The notes beneath the pieces are model-generated. The model was given only the letters and a program-made list of their open reading frames with translations. It did no database searches and was not told the origin of the DNA. Of a stretch of 64,000 nucleotides of DNA, positions 20,216 to 30,781 are shown in pieces. The position numbers were made by a program, and so were the translations under genes. The stretch's first letter is position 1. Each line of letters opens with the position of its first letter. Source of the stretch: an uncultured Lachnospiraceae bacterium (lineage in GTDB: Bacteria > Bacillota > Clostridia > Oscillospirales > CAG-272); the NCBI GenBank assembly GCA_964582375.1, contig CAZORL010000001.1, positions 13,769 through 77,768 of the forward strand, written 5' to 3'.

Positions 20216-20629
20216 ATGGTAAGAGAACTCGTTCATGACCCCATTTTTCTTGCAGGAAGATCGGAGACAGCGACAAAAGATGATCTGCAGACGGTATGCG
20301 ATCTGCTTGATACTCTCAAGTTTCACAGCGAGAACTGCGTAGGCATGGCGGCAAATATGATCGGTATCAAAAAACGCATTATCGCATTTGCGGATGCGTC
20401 ATCGTTTGTGGTGATGCTGAATCCCGAGATCGTCAAAAGGGATGGTGTGTATAACACGGAAGAGGGCTGCCTGTCACTGCTTGGCGGTCCGCGTGCGTGC
20501 AGGCGGTACAGATCGATCAAGGTCAGGTATCAGACGACCGATATGCAGACACGCACCAAGAGCTATGAAGGTTGGACAGCACAGATAATTCAGCACGAGA
20601 TCGACCATTGCGACGGCGTGCTTATATGA
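20216..20629 (+). CDS. def: Peptide deformylase
   Basis: GMAANMIG, EGCLS, QHEIDH. Confidence 0.88.
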   Translation: MVRELVHDPIFLAGRSETATKDDLQTVCDLLDTLKFHSENCVGMAANMIGIKKRIIAFADASSFVVMLNPEIVKRDGVYNTEEGCLSLLGGPRACRRYRSIKVRYQTTDMQTRTKSYEGWTAQIIQHEIDHCDGVLI

Positions 20630-20644
20630 AATGGGGTGGCATTC

Positions 20645-21058
20645 ATGTGGAAAAAACTTTATGAGGCAGCAATAAAGGTACAAAACGGCAGGACTATCTC
20701 CCCTTTTATCGAGGCGGGAGGTGTTTCCGCCGCGATACTCACAAAACAGGGTAATATCTATGTCGGCGTTTGCATCGACAGCGCATCATCGCTCGGAATG
20801 TGCGCCGAGCGGAACGCGATCGCAAATATGATCACAAACGGCGAAAGTCAGATCGATAAGGTTGTAGCCGTCACTCCGAGCGGCAGGGTCGGCTCACCCT
20901 GCGGTGCTTGTCGCGAGCTTATGATGCAGCTTGACAAGGACAGCGGTGATATAGAGATACTTCTCGATCTCGAAACGCTGAAAACAATAAAGCTTTGCGA
21001 GCTAGTTCCCGATTGGTGGGGCGAGGGGAGATTTGCGGGGCAGGACGGAGATTCGTAA
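20645..21058 (+). CDS. cdd: Cytidine deaminase family protein
   Basis: CAE and PCGAC Zn motifs; start 20636 or 20645. Confidence 0.8.
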   Translation: MWKKLYEAAIKVQNGRTISPFIEAGGVSAAILTKQGNIYVGVCIDSASSLGMCAERNAIANMITNGESQIDKVVAVTPSGRVGSPCGACRELMMQLDKDSGDIEILLDLETLKTIKLCELVPDWWGEGRFAGQDGDS

Positions 21059-21060
21059 AA

Positions 21061-21150
21061 ATGAGGAGATACTACGGTGAGGAATACGGATACATAAACC
21101 GCAAAGGCAGGGAAGAGATCGACGATTTTTCGGATAACCTCGTTGCGTGA
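21061..21150 (+). pseudogene. Possible remnant of a WG-repeat protein
   Basis: MRRYYGEEYGYINRKGREEIDDFSDNLVA resembles one WG repeat. Confidence 0.3.
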
Positions 21151-21322
21151 ACGCCTGTCATACCGCCAATCGATCATCGGTATATCGATATATGCATAAC
21201 CTATATGAGAAATCGGCAATTTACAAATGACGAAAAATGTGGTATGATAAGAGTGTGCTCGAAGAGAGCAACATGACATATGATCATCAGCAGATATTTT
21301 TTATATTTCGGAGGAAAAAATT

Positions 21323-22540
21323 ATGGCACGTTTCACACTTCCCCGCGACCTTTATCACGGAAAGGGCGCACTTGAGGCACTTAAAACACTTGAAGGAAAG
21401 AGGGCTATCGTCTGTGTCGGCGGCGGCTCGATGAAGCGTTTCGGCTTCCTTGACAAGGCTGTATCTTACCTTAAGGAAGCAGGCATGGAGGTCGAGCTTT
21501 TCGAGGGTATCGAACCCGACCCCTCTGTTGAGACTGTTATGCGCGGCGCGGACGCCATGTTGAAATTTCAGCCGGATTGGATCATTGCCATGGGCGGCGG
21601 CTCGCCTATCGATGCCGCAAAGGCAATGTGGATAAAGTACGAGTATCCCGATGTTACATTTGAGGATATGTGCAAGGTCTTCGGACTTCCGAAGCTTCGC
21701 ACAAAGGCTCATTTCTGCGCCATCTCCTCAACATCCGGCACTGCGACCGAGGTTACCGCATTCTCGATCATCACCGACTACCGGAAGGGTATCAAGTACC
21801 CGATCGCCGATTTCGAAATCACTCCCGATGTTGCGATCGTTGACCCCGAACTTGCCGAGACCATGCCAAGGAAGCTTGTTGCTCACACAGGTATGGATGC
21901 AATGACTCACTCGATCGAGGCTTATGTTTCGACCGCTCACTGCGACTACACCGATCCGCTCGCACTTCATTCCATAAAGATGATCCGGCGCGATCTTATC
22001 GGCTCTTACAACGGCGATATGGAAAAGCGCGACAGCATGCATAACGCACAGTGCCTTGCGGGTATGGCGTTCTCGAACGCTCTGCTCGGTATCGTTCACT
22101 CGATGGCACACAAGACGGGTGCCGCATTTGCTGATTTCGGCGCGCACATCATCCACGGTGCGGCAAACGCCATGTACCTTCCCAAGGTCATCGCTTTCAA
22201 CGCAAAGGATCCCGAGGCGGCAGCGCGCTATGCCGAGATCGCCGACTTCATGAACCTTGGCGGAAATACCGAGAGTGAGAAGATCGCTGCTCTTATCGCA
22301 GAGCTTCGCCGCATGAATGATGAGTTGAACATCCCTCACTGCATCAAGAATTACGGTGCGGACAGCTATCCCACCGAAAACGGCTTTGTATCCGAGGATG
22401 CATTCCGTGCGCGTCTGCATGACATCGCGGTCAACGCACTCGGAGATGCTTGCACAGGCTCGAATCCCCGTCAGCCGAGCGTTGAGGAGATGGAAAAGCT
22501 TCTTCTCTGCTGTTACTACGATACCGAGGTTGATTTCTGA
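21323..22540 (+). CDS. adhA: Iron-containing alcohol dehydrogenase, AdhA type (probably NADPH-linked)
   Basis: MARFTLPRD N-terminus, GGGSM, GGGSPID, HSMAH, HG.AN; adjacent to nfnAB. Confidence 0.85.
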   Translation: MARFTLPRDLYHGKGALEALKTLEGKRAIVCVGGGSMKRFGFLDKAVSYLKEAGMEVELFEGIEPDPSVETVMRGADAMLKFQPDWIIAMGGGSPIDAAKAMWIKYEYPDVTFEDMCKVFGLPKLRTKAHFCAISSTSGTATEVTAFSIITDYRKGIKYPIADFEITPDVAIVDPELAETMPRKLVAHTGMDAMTHSIEAYVSTAHCDYTDPLALHSIKMIRRDLIGSYNGDMEKRDSMHNAQCLAGMAFSNALLGIVHSMAHKTGAAFADFGAHIIHGAANAMYLPKVIAFNAKDPEAAARYAEIADFMNLGGNTESEKIAALIAELRRMNDELNIPHCIKNYGADSYPTENGFVSEDAFRARLHDIAVNALGDACTGSNPRQPSVEEMEKLLLCCYYDTEVDF

Positions 22541-22552
22541 TAACCGAACGGG

Positions 22553-22599
22553 AATGGGGTTAAGTCGGTGCTGAGGCATCGGCTTAGCCCCACATTTTT
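22553..22599 (+). terminator. Terminator after adhA
   Basis: TGGGGTTAAGTCGGTGC...GCATCGGCTTAGCCCCA followed by T-run. Confidence 0.65.
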
Positions 22600-22732
22600 G
22601 CCTTGAGTGCCAAAATGATCGAAAAAATTGAAAAATTCAAAAAAATCGATCGATAGCTATTCACAAAATCCTCTTTTTGTGCTATAATAGAGCCGTATCT
22701 GCTAAATGTCTATTGAAAGGACGGATTTATTT

Positions 22733-23593
22733 ATGTATAAGATCGCAAAAAAGCGGGTGCTCAATCCGACTGTTACCGAAATGGAAATACAGGCTCCGCT
22801 TGTCGCAAATAAAGCAAAGCCGGGACAGTTTATAATTCTCCGCGTCGATGATGAGGGTGAGAGAATACCGCTCACTGTTGCCGGATGTAACAAAGAGTCG
22901 GGCACCGTTAAGATCATTTTTCAGATCGTCGGAGCGACGACCGCAAAGCTCGGACATAAAAACGAGGGCGAATATATCGAGGATTTTGTCGGACCGCTCG
23001 GCAAACCGACCGAGACAGAAGGCATTAAAAAGGTTTGCGTTATCGGCGGCGGCGTCGGATGCGCTATCGCTCTTCCGATTGCTGAGGAGTTTCACAAACT
23101 CGGTGCGGATGTTACCGGTATCATCGGATTCAGATCCCGTGATATCGTCATTCTCGAGGACGAATTTACCGCATGTACCGATCACCTTACCATCATGACC
23201 GACGATGGCTCTTACGGCAGAAGCGGCAATGTTACCTTGCCGCTTCGCGAGCTGCTTGAGGCGGGCGAGAGATATGATATGATAATCACCATCGGCCCGC
23301 TGATCATGATGAAATTTGTAGTTGAGACTGCAAGACCATATGCCGTCCCGGTCACCGTTTCAATGAATCCGATAATGATAGACGGCACGGGAATGTGCGG
23401 CGGTTGCCGACTGACACTTGTGCATGAGGGCAAAAAGATCATGAAATTTGCCTGTGTTGATGGTCCGGATTTTGACGGATACGAGGTCGATTTTGACGAG
23501 GCGATGTCGCGCGGCAGAATGTATGCCGACTTCGAGCGACGCGCGTATGAGGAGACCTGCAACCTTTTTGCAAAGGCAAAGGAGGAGAGCTGA
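22733..23593 (+). CDS. nfnA: NADH-dependent reduced ferredoxin:NADP oxidoreductase, small subunit
   Basis: PGQFIILR, ERIPLT, GGGVG, DGTGMCGGC..CVDGP; TTCACA-17-TATAAT promoter upstream. Confidence 0.9.
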   Translation: MYKIAKKRVLNPTVTEMEIQAPLVANKAKPGQFIILRVDDEGERIPLTVAGCNKESGTVKIIFQIVGATTAKLGHKNEGEYIEDFVGPLGKPTETEGIKKVCVIGGGVGCAIALPIAEEFHKLGADVTGIIGFRSRDIVILEDEFTACTDHLTIMTDDGSYGRSGNVTLPLRELLEAGERYDMIITIGPLIMMKFVVETARPYAVPVTVSMNPIMIDGTGMCGGCRLTLVHEGKKIMKFACVDGPDFDGYEVDFDEAMSRGRMYADFERRAYEETCNLFAKAKEES

Positions 23594-23594
23594 C

Positions 23595-25010
23595 ATGGCA
23601 ATAGAACAGAAAAAACATGAAATGCCGACGCAAGCTCCGAGCGTGCGCGCAAATAATTTTGACGAGGTCGCACTCGGCTATACCGCCCAAATCGCGATCG
23701 ATGAAGCAAAAAGATGCCTTAACTGCAAAAACAAGCCCTGTATCGGCGGATGTCCGGTAAATATCGATATTCCCGGATTTATCGGCTATGTTAAAGAAGG
23801 CGATTTTGAGGGCGCGTATCGCGTTATTGCAGAGTCGTCCTCGCTCCCTGCAGTCTGCGGCAGAGTATGTCCGCAGGAGTCGCAGTGCGAGAGCAAATGT
23901 ACACTCGGCGTCAAATTTGAGCCTGTCGGTATAGGCAGACTTGAACGCTTTGTCGCCGATCATCATAACGCAAACGATACCGCAAAGACAGAGATCCCCG
24001 TGTCAAACGGTCATAAGGTGGCTGTCGTCGGCTCGGGACCCTCGGGACTGACCTGCGCGGGCGATCTTGCCAAGAAGGGCTACAAGGTCACGGTCTATGA
24101 GGCGCTCCACACGGCAGGCGGAGTTTTGGTCTACGGTATTCCCGAGTTCAGACTTCCCAAGTCGATCGTACAAAAAGAGGTTGACGGACTTAAAGCACTT
24201 GGTGTCGATTTTGAGACCAACGTCGTTATAGGCAAAACGCTTACTGTTGACGAGCTTTTCGATGACGGATTTGAGGCTGTATTTATCGGCTCCGGCGCGG
24301 GACTTCCCAAATTTATGGGTATTGACGGCGAGGAGCTTAAGGGTGTGTATTCGGCAAACGAATTTCTCACCCGAAGCAATCTCATGAAAGCCTACAGAAA
24401 TGACAGCGCGACCCCGATAATGAAGGGCGGCAAGGTAGTTGTGGTCGGCGGAGGCAATGTCGCCATGGATGCCGCACGCACAGCTCTTCGTCTGGGAGCA
24501 AAGGTCACGATCGTATATCGCCGCTCCATGGAAGAGCTGCCTGCACGTCGCGAGGAGGTCGAGCATGCAACGGAGGAGGGAATCGAGTTCAGACTTCTGA
24601 CCAATCCCACAAAGATCGTCGGATACGAGAATCCCGATGACCGCAGAGATCCGAAGAACGGGTTTGTCAGGGCGATCGAGTGCGTGAAAATGGAACTCGG
24701 CGCACCCGACGAGCGCGGCAGACGCCGTCCGATCGAGGTAAAGGACAGCGAGTTTACCATAGAGGCGGATGCTGTTATAATGGCACTCGGCACATCGCCG
24801 AACCCGCTTATCAAAAGTACGACAAAGGGACTTGAGACCGAGCGCTGGGGCGGTATAGTCGCCGATCCCGAGACAGGACTTACCTCAAGAGAGAGTGTGT
24901 ACGCAGGCGGCGATGCCGTCACGGGCGCGGCTACCGTCATACTGGCGATGGGTGCGGGAAAGAAAGCCGCAAAGGCGATCGATGAGTACATTTTTTCCAA
25001 AAATCAATAA
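23595..25010 (+). CDS. nfnB: Nfn large subunit (GltD-like)
   Basis: RCLNC..CIGGCP, CGRVCPQESQCE, GSGPSG, YGIPEFRLP, GGGNVAMD; follows nfnA, no gltB nearby. Confidence 0.9.
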   Translation: MAIEQKKHEMPTQAPSVRANNFDEVALGYTAQIAIDEAKRCLNCKNKPCIGGCPVNIDIPGFIGYVKEGDFEGAYRVIAESSSLPAVCGRVCPQESQCESKCTLGVKFEPVGIGRLERFVADHHNANDTAKTEIPVSNGHKVAVVGSGPSGLTCAGDLAKKGYKVTVYEALHTAGGVLVYGIPEFRLPKSIVQKEVDGLKALGVDFETNVVIGKTLTVDELFDDGFEAVFIGSGAGLPKFMGIDGEELKGVYSANEFLTRSNLMKAYRNDSATPIMKGGKVVVVGGGNVAMDAARTALRLGAKVTIVYRRSMEELPARREEVEHATEEGIEFRLLTNPTKIVGYENPDDRRDPKNGFVRAIECVKMELGAPDERGRRRPIEVKDSEFTIEADAVIMALGTSPNPLIKSTTKGLETERWGGIVADPETGLTSRESVYAGGDAVTGAATVILAMGAGKKAAKAIDEYIFSKNQ

Positions 25011-25182
25011 AAAACGGAAAAATAACCACATAAGCGTTGCGGATATGTCGCAACGCTTATGGTGCAGATATAACAAAAAATACATACCGATATATAAAAC
25101 AGGCAATAACAGGTCAGGCTCGATCTGTGGTATAATATACTTGACCCAAACTCCAAAATAATACGACAGGATGGTTAAAAAT

Positions 25183-26130
25183 ATGAACAAGATTTCAATT
25201 ATCGGAACAGGCAGTGTCGGATCGACGATAGCTTACTCGCTTGCACTCCTCGGATACGCTTCCGAGATCGTAATGATCGACATCAACCATGACAAGGCAC
25301 TCGGTGAGGCACTTGACATCAGACAGGGCACACCCTTCTGCGCGCCCTGTGCGATCTATGCAGGCGATTATCCCGATGCGGCAGGCTCAAGCATAGTCAT
25401 CCTTACCTCGGGCGTTGCAAGAAAGCCGGGTCAGTCAAGACTCGAGCTTGCTCAGATCAATGTCAATATCACGAAAACGATCATCCCCGAGATAACAAAG
25501 TACGCTCCCGACGCCGTATACGTCATCGTTTCTAACCCGGTCGATGTGCTTACATATACTTTCTGCAAACTCTCGGGACTTCCAGAAAATCAGATCATCG
25601 GATCGGGAACCATCCTCGATACCGCAAGACTTCGCACCAGACTGTCCGAGTATTGCCGCATAAGCCAGAACAATGTTCACGCATACGTTTTCGGCGAGCA
25701 CGGCGATTCGTCCTTCATTCCGTGGTCGGTTGCCAACATTTCAAACGTTCCGATCGAGGAATGTCACAGAGTTTTCGGAAACAAGGACGCGCTCGAGTCT
25801 CCCGAGCTTGATCTTGTTGAGATCGAGGACTATGTCAGAAAGTCGGGCGGAAGAGTCATCGCACGCAAGGGAGCGACCTTCTATGCCGTTTCGATGTCCG
25901 TATGTCATATTTGCAATGCCATTCTCAGCGGCATCGATACGACAATGACAGTCTCGACCATGATGCACGGCGAGTACGGCATAAACGATGTCTGTCTCAG
26001 TACGCTGAATGTTGTCGGACGCGACGGTCTCGGCGGACATGTCAATATCAATCTCACCGATGAGGAAGTTGCAAAGCTTCACTTTAGCGCAGATACCCTC
26101 AAGGGCGTTATCAACAATATCATTATTTGA
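25183..26130 (+). CDS. mdh: LDH/MDH superfamily enzyme, predicted malate dehydrogenase
   Basis: GTGSVG; specificity loop GVARKPGQSR has Arg (MDH) rather than Gln (LDH); GEHGD; next to fumC. Confidence 0.75.
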   Translation: MNKISIIGTGSVGSTIAYSLALLGYASEIVMIDINHDKALGEALDIRQGTPFCAPCAIYAGDYPDAAGSSIVILTSGVARKPGQSRLELAQINVNITKTIIPEITKYAPDAVYVIVSNPVDVLTYTFCKLSGLPENQIIGSGTILDTARLRTRLSEYCRISQNNVHAYVFGEHGDSSFIPWSVANISNVPIEECHRVFGNKDALESPELDLVEIEDYVRKSGGRVIARKGATFYAVSMSVCHICNAILSGIDTTMTVSTMMHGEYGINDVCLSTLNVVGRDGLGGHVNINLTDEEVAKLHFSADTLKGVINNIII

Positions 26131-26160
26131 TCATTCGATCTTCTTTTTGAAAGGAATAAA

Positions 26161-27537
26161 ATGGAATACCGTATAGAACATGATTCAATGGGCGAGATGA
26201 AAGTCCCTGCAGACAGACTTTGGGGTGCACAAACGCAGAGATCGCTCGAAAATTTCAGAATTGGCGTCGGCATTGAAACAATGCCCCGCGAGGTCACACA
26301 CGCTTTCGGAATACTGAAAAAGGCAGCGGCAATGGCAAACGCCGAGCTTCGCCCCGATAAGATGACGTCGGAAAAGCTTTCGGCTATCGAAAAAGCATGC
26401 GACGAGGTTGCCTCGGGCGAGCTTGACGAGCATTTTCCGCTCGTAGTCTGGCAGACAGGCTCGGGTACGCAGTCAAACATGAACGCAAACGAGGTCATTG
26501 CTAATCGTGCAAACGAGATCGCAGGCAAAAAGCTCTGCCATCCCAACGACGATATCAACATGAGCCAGTCCTCTAATGATACATTCCCGACCGCAATGCA
26601 TATTTGCGCCGTCCTTGCGATAGAGGATAAGCTGATTCCAGCTATAGAGGAGCTTGTTTCGACCTTCTACCGCCTTGAAAAGGAAAACGAAGGTATCGTC
26701 AAGTCGGGCAGGACACATCTGCAGGACGCAACACCCATCTCCTTCTCGCAGGAGATATCGGGCTGGAGATCAAGCCTTGAGCGTGATGTCGAACTGTTAA
26801 AGCTTGCCGTTGCTCCTCTTTGCGAGCTTGCTCTCGGCGGAACTGCCGTCGGAACGGGACTCAATACCCCGAAGGGATTTGCCGAGCTTGTTGCAAAGAA
26901 GGCGGCAACGCTCACGGGTAAGCCTTTTGTGACCGGATTCAATAAGTTTCACAGCCTTACCTCGAAGGACGAATTGGTCTTTGCTCACGGAGCGATCAAG
27001 GCGACCGCTTGCGACATGATGAAGATCGCAAACGACGTTCGCTGGTTGGCATCGGGTCCTCGCGACGGTCTCGGAGAGATACATATCCCCGAAAACGAAC
27101 CCGGCTCGTCGATCATGCCCGGAAAGGTCAATCCCACACAGTGCGAGGCTGTCACCATGGTGGCAGTTCAGGTAATGGGCAACGATGCGGCAGTTTCGTT
27201 TGCGGCATCTCAGGGCAACTTTGAGCTTAATGTCTTTATGCCGGTCGCGATCTACAATTTCCTTCAGTCCGCTCGCCTGCTTGCCGAGTCCATCGTGTCG
27301 TTCAACAAGAACTGTGCCGCGGGCATTACAGCGAATAAGGAAAAAATGTATCACAATCTGCACAATTCGCTCATGCTCGTAACCGCACTCAATCCTTATA
27401 TCGGCTATGAAAATGCGGCAAAGACTGCGAAAAAGGCTTATAAAGACAATATTTCGCTTAAAGAAGCATGTGTCGAGCTCGGATTCCTTACAGCCGAACG
27501 TTTTGACGAGGTCTTCCACCCCGAGCAGATGATCTGA
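26161..27537 (+). CDS. fumC: Class II fumarate hydratase
   Basis: QTGSGTQSNMNANE, GRTHLQDA, GSSIMPGKVNP. Confidence 0.96.
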   Translation: MEYRIEHDSMGEMKVPADRLWGAQTQRSLENFRIGVGIETMPREVTHAFGILKKAAAMANAELRPDKMTSEKLSAIEKACDEVASGELDEHFPLVVWQTGSGTQSNMNANEVIANRANEIAGKKLCHPNDDINMSQSSNDTFPTAMHICAVLAIEDKLIPAIEELVSTFYRLEKENEGIVKSGRTHLQDATPISFSQEISGWRSSLERDVELLKLAVAPLCELALGGTAVGTGLNTPKGFAELVAKKAATLTGKPFVTGFNKFHSLTSKDELVFAHGAIKATACDMMKIANDVRWLASGPRDGLGEIHIPENEPGSSIMPGKVNPTQCEAVTMVAVQVMGNDAAVSFAASQGNFELNVFMPVAIYNFLQSARLLAESIVSFNKNCAAGITANKEKMYHNLHNSLMLVTALNPYIGYENAAKTAKKAYKDNISLKEACVELGFLTAERFDEVFHPEQMI

Positions 27538-27570
27538 TCGGTTTATCAAACAGAAAGGTTGATCATAAAC

Positions 27571-28380
27571 ATGAAGGTCAGTTATTTCCCCGGTTGTACG
27601 CTGAGAACTAAAGCTCTCGAGCTTGACCGATACGCAAGAGCCTCGGCAGAGGCACTCGGGGTCGAATTTTGCGAGGTCGATGATTGGCAGTGTTGCGGCG
27701 GAGTGTTCATCTCCGCAAAAGACGAGATCGCATCTAAATTGTCAAGCGTTCGCGCACTTGTCTGTGCCAGAGATCGCGGTCAGATGCTCGTTTCGGTATG
27801 TTCCGCATGTCATAATGTTCTAAAACAGACCGAACACGCATGTCTTACCGATCCCGATTTCACTTTGAGAGTGAATAATTATATGGCTCAGGATAAAGAC
27901 CCGAGCACACCGTATTACGGCGGTGTCAAGGTCGTACATTATCTCGAGCTTCTTCGTGATGTTGTAGGCTTTGATAAGATCAAGGCAGCGGTGAAAAATC
28001 CGCTTGCCGGAAAGAAGATCGCCGCATATTACGGCTGTATGCTTCTTCGCCCCGGAAACGTCATGGAATTTGATGATGTTGAAAATCCGAAGATCATGGA
28101 GGATCTTATCCGCGCACTCGGCGCAGAGCCGATAGTTTATCCGATGCGGAACGAATGCTGCGGAGGATACCTCGTGCTCGAAGATAGGAATGCGGCGATG
28201 CGTCGTGCATCCTCGGTCGAGGAGAGCGCGGCAGGACACGGTGCCGATATGATAGTCACCGCCTGTCCGCTTTGCAAATATAATCTTGAAAAGAGCGGCG
28301 GCGACCTGCCGACCGTCTATTTTACCGAGCTTCTTGCAGAGGCACTCGGAGTAAAGGAGAAATCTGATGCAAACAGCTAA
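27571..28380 (+). CDS. hdrB: Heterodisulfide reductase subunit B
   Basis: Two CCG domains: FPGC..CCGG..CSAC and YYGC..CCGG..CPLC. Confidence 0.92.
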   Translation: MKVSYFPGCTLRTKALELDRYARASAEALGVEFCEVDDWQCCGGVFISAKDEIASKLSSVRALVCARDRGQMLVSVCSACHNVLKQTEHACLTDPDFTLRVNNYMAQDKDPSTPYYGGVKVVHYLELLRDVVGFDKIKAAVKNPLAGKKIAAYYGCMLLRPGNVMEFDDVENPKIMEDLIRALGAEPIVYPMRNECCGGYLVLEDRNAAMRRASSVEESAAGHGADMIVTACPLCKYNLEKSGGDLPTVYFTELLAEALGVKEKSDANS

Positions 28381-28762
28381 ATCAGAGCGTGTCAAGGAGC
28401 AGATCTCCCGTATGAGCGGAACCGATGTCAAAAAATGCATGCGGTGCGGCAAATGTTCGGGAACCTGCCCGTCGTACGATGAGATGGAATATCATCCCCA
28501 TCAGTTCGTATATATGGTTGAAAACGGAGATGTCGAGGCACTTATGAAATCTCCGTCGGCATATAAATGTCTTTCCTGTTTTGCCTGCGTTGACAGATGC
28601 CCGAGAGGTGTCGAGCCGGCAAAGATCATTGAGGCACTTCGTCTTCTGCTGATCAGAGAAAAGGGGGCAAATCACATGAGTGCGGATGATATTCCGGCAC
28701 TTGTCGATGATGACCTTCCTCAACAGGCGATAGTCAGCGCACTTCGCAAGTATTCAAAGTGA
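28367..28762 (+). CDS. hdrC: Heterodisulfide reductase subunit C
   Basis: CMRCGKCSGTCP and CLSCFACVDRCP. Confidence 0.9.
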   Translation: MQTAKSERVKEQISRMSGTDVKKCMRCGKCSGTCPSYDEMEYHPHQFVYMVENGDVEALMKSPSAYKCLSCFACVDRCPRGVEPAKIIEALRLLLIREKGANHMSADDIPALVDDDLPQQAIVSALRKYSK

Positions 28763-28786
28763 TATAAGAGAAAGGACGATATTAAT

Positions 28787-30781
28787 ATGCAAAGAATCGG
28801 AGTATTTGTCTGCCATTGCGGAACGAATATCGCCGGCACGGTCGATGTCGCAAAGGTCGCCGAGATCCTCGGTAAAGAACCCGGCGTCGTCTTCTCTGCC
28901 GACTATCAGTATATGTGCTCTCAGGCAGGACAAAATATGATAATCGACGCCGTGCATGAGCATAAGCTCACGGGTATCGTTGTCTGTTCCTGCTCGCCGC
29001 GTATGCATGAGGTGACATTCAGAAAGACAGCGGCGGCGGCAGGCATCAACCCCTATATGGTTGAGATCGCAAATATCCGCGAGCAGTGTTCGTGGGTTCA
29101 TAAAGATAAAATGACAGGCACCGAAAAGGCTGTTATTCTCGGCAGAGCGGCGATCGCAAAGGTCAGCCTCAATGCCCCCCTTACCCCGGGAGAAAGCCCT
29201 GTTACAAAGAGAGCACTCGTTATCGGCGGCGGTATCGCGGGTATTCAGACCGCACTCGACATTGCCGATGCGGGATTTCCGGTTGATATAGTTGAGACTA
29301 AGCCGACAATCGGCGGAAAGATGGCTCAGCTTGATAAGACCTTCCCGACGCTCGACTGTGCGGCATGTATCCTCACGCCTAAAATGGTCGATGCCGCTCA
29401 GAATGAAAATATCCGCATACTTGCTTATTCTGAGGTTACGGCAGTCAAGGGATTTGTCGGTAATTTTGACGTAACGATCAAAAAGAAGGCAAGATATGTC
29501 AAAGAGGATGTTTGCACCGGATGCGGACTCTGCACCGAAAAATGTCCTCAGAAAAATGTCCCAAATGAGTTCAATCTCGGCATGGATAACCGCCGCGCGA
29601 TATACATTCCGTTTGCGCAGGCTGTTCCGAAGGTCGCGACAATCGATCCGAACTATTGTACCATGCTCAAAACAGGCAAGTGCGGTGTCTGCTCGAAGGT
29701 CTGTACAGCAATGGCTATCGATTATACCGCAAAAGACGAGTTTATCGAAGAAAAGTACGGCGCGATCGTTGTCGCGACCGGATTTAACCCTATTTCGATG
29801 GAGAAATTCGATGAATTTGCTTATTCTCAGTCAAAGGATGTCATAACCTCGCTCGAACTTGAGAGACTTATGAATGCCGCAGGACCGACGGGCGGAACTT
29901 TGCTTCGCCCCTCCGATAATACGCATCCGCACACGATCGTGTTCGTTCAGTGCGTCGGTTCGCGTTGCGCCGCTTGTGCCGATAAGGGTAAGGAATATTG
30001 CTCAAAGATCTGCTGTATGTATACCGCAAAGCACGCAATGCTCATTCGCGATAAGTATCCCGATACCGATGTTTATGTCTTCTATATCGATGTTCGTACC
30101 CCCGGTAAGAACTTTGACGAGTTCTACCGCCGTGCCGTTGAGGAATACGGCGTGCATTATATCAAGGGTATGGTCGGTAAGGTGTCTCCCGAGGGCGGCA
30201 AGCTGAAGGTTCAAGGCTCGGATCTTATATACGGAAAACAGCTTCATATCGATGCCGATCTCGTTGTTCTTGCCGCGGCGATCGAGCCGGACAAGTCCGC
30301 GCGTCCGCTTGCCACTATGCTTACCGCAAGCATGGACACTAATGATTTCTTCACAGAGGCACATCCGAAGCTTCGCCCGGTCGAAAGCCCCACTGCAGGC
30401 GTTTTCCTGTCGGGTGCGTGCCAAGGACCTAAGGACATCCCAGAAACAGTCGCACAGGCGGGAGCTGCCGCATCCAAGGTGATCGGTCTGCTCTGCAAGA
30501 ACAAGCTCACGGGTAACCCCTGCGTTGCACATTCGGACGAGATGATGTGTAACGGATGCTCGACCTGCGAAAAGGTCTGCCCCTATGGTGCGATAACATA
30601 TGTAAACAAAGAATTCAGAATGCCCGACAGAACGACAAGAGTACGCCGCGTTGCAGTTGTAAACGAGGCTGTATGTCAGGGATGCGGCGCATGTACCGTC
30701 GCATGTATGTCGGGAGCAATGGATCTTCGCGGATTTACCGTAAAACAAATAATGGCGGAGGTTGATGCCGTATGCAAGTAA
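28787..30781 (+). CDS. hdrA: Heterodisulfide reductase subunit A (bifurcating flavoprotein)
   Basis: RIGVFVCHCGTNI, GGGIAG, KTFPTLDC, LELERL, CSKICCMYTAKH, inserted and C-terminal ferredoxin motifs. Confidence 0.96.
   Translation: MQRIGVFVCHCGTNIAGTVDVAKVAEILGKEPGVVFSADYQYMCSQAGQNMIIDAVHEHKLTGIVVCSCSPRMHEVTFRKTAAAAGINPYMVEIANIREQCSWVHKDKMTGTEKAVILGRAAIAKVSLNAPLTPGESPVTKRALVIGGGIAGIQTALDIADAGFPVDIVETKPTIGGKMAQLDKTFPTLDCAACILTPKMVDAAQNENIRILAYSEVTAVKGFVGNFDVTIKKKARYVKEDVCTGCGLCTEKCPQKNVPNEFNLGMDNRRAIYIPFAQAVPKVATIDPNYCTMLKTGKCGVCSKVCTAMAIDYTAKDEFIEEKYGAIVVATGFNPISMEKFDEFAYSQSKDVITSLELERLMNAAGPTGGTLLRPSDNTHPHTIVFVQCVGSRCAACADKGKEYCSKICCMYTAKHAMLIRDKYPDTDVYVFYIDVRTPGKNFDEFYRRAVEEYGVHYIKGMVGKVSPEGGKLKVQGSDLIYGKQLHIDADLVVLAAAIEPDKSARPLATMLTASMDTNDFFTEAHPKLRPVESPTAGVFLSGACQGPKDIPETVAQAGAAASKVIGLLCKNKLTGNPCVAHSDEMMCNGCSTCEKVCPYGAITYVNKEFRMPDRTTRVRRVAVVNEAVCQGCGACTVACMSGAMDLRGFTVKQIMAEVDAVCK

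Noticed and set aside
23595-25010. Glutamate synthase small subunit call
   Set aside because: Paired with nfnA and no gltB nearby, so NfnB is the better call
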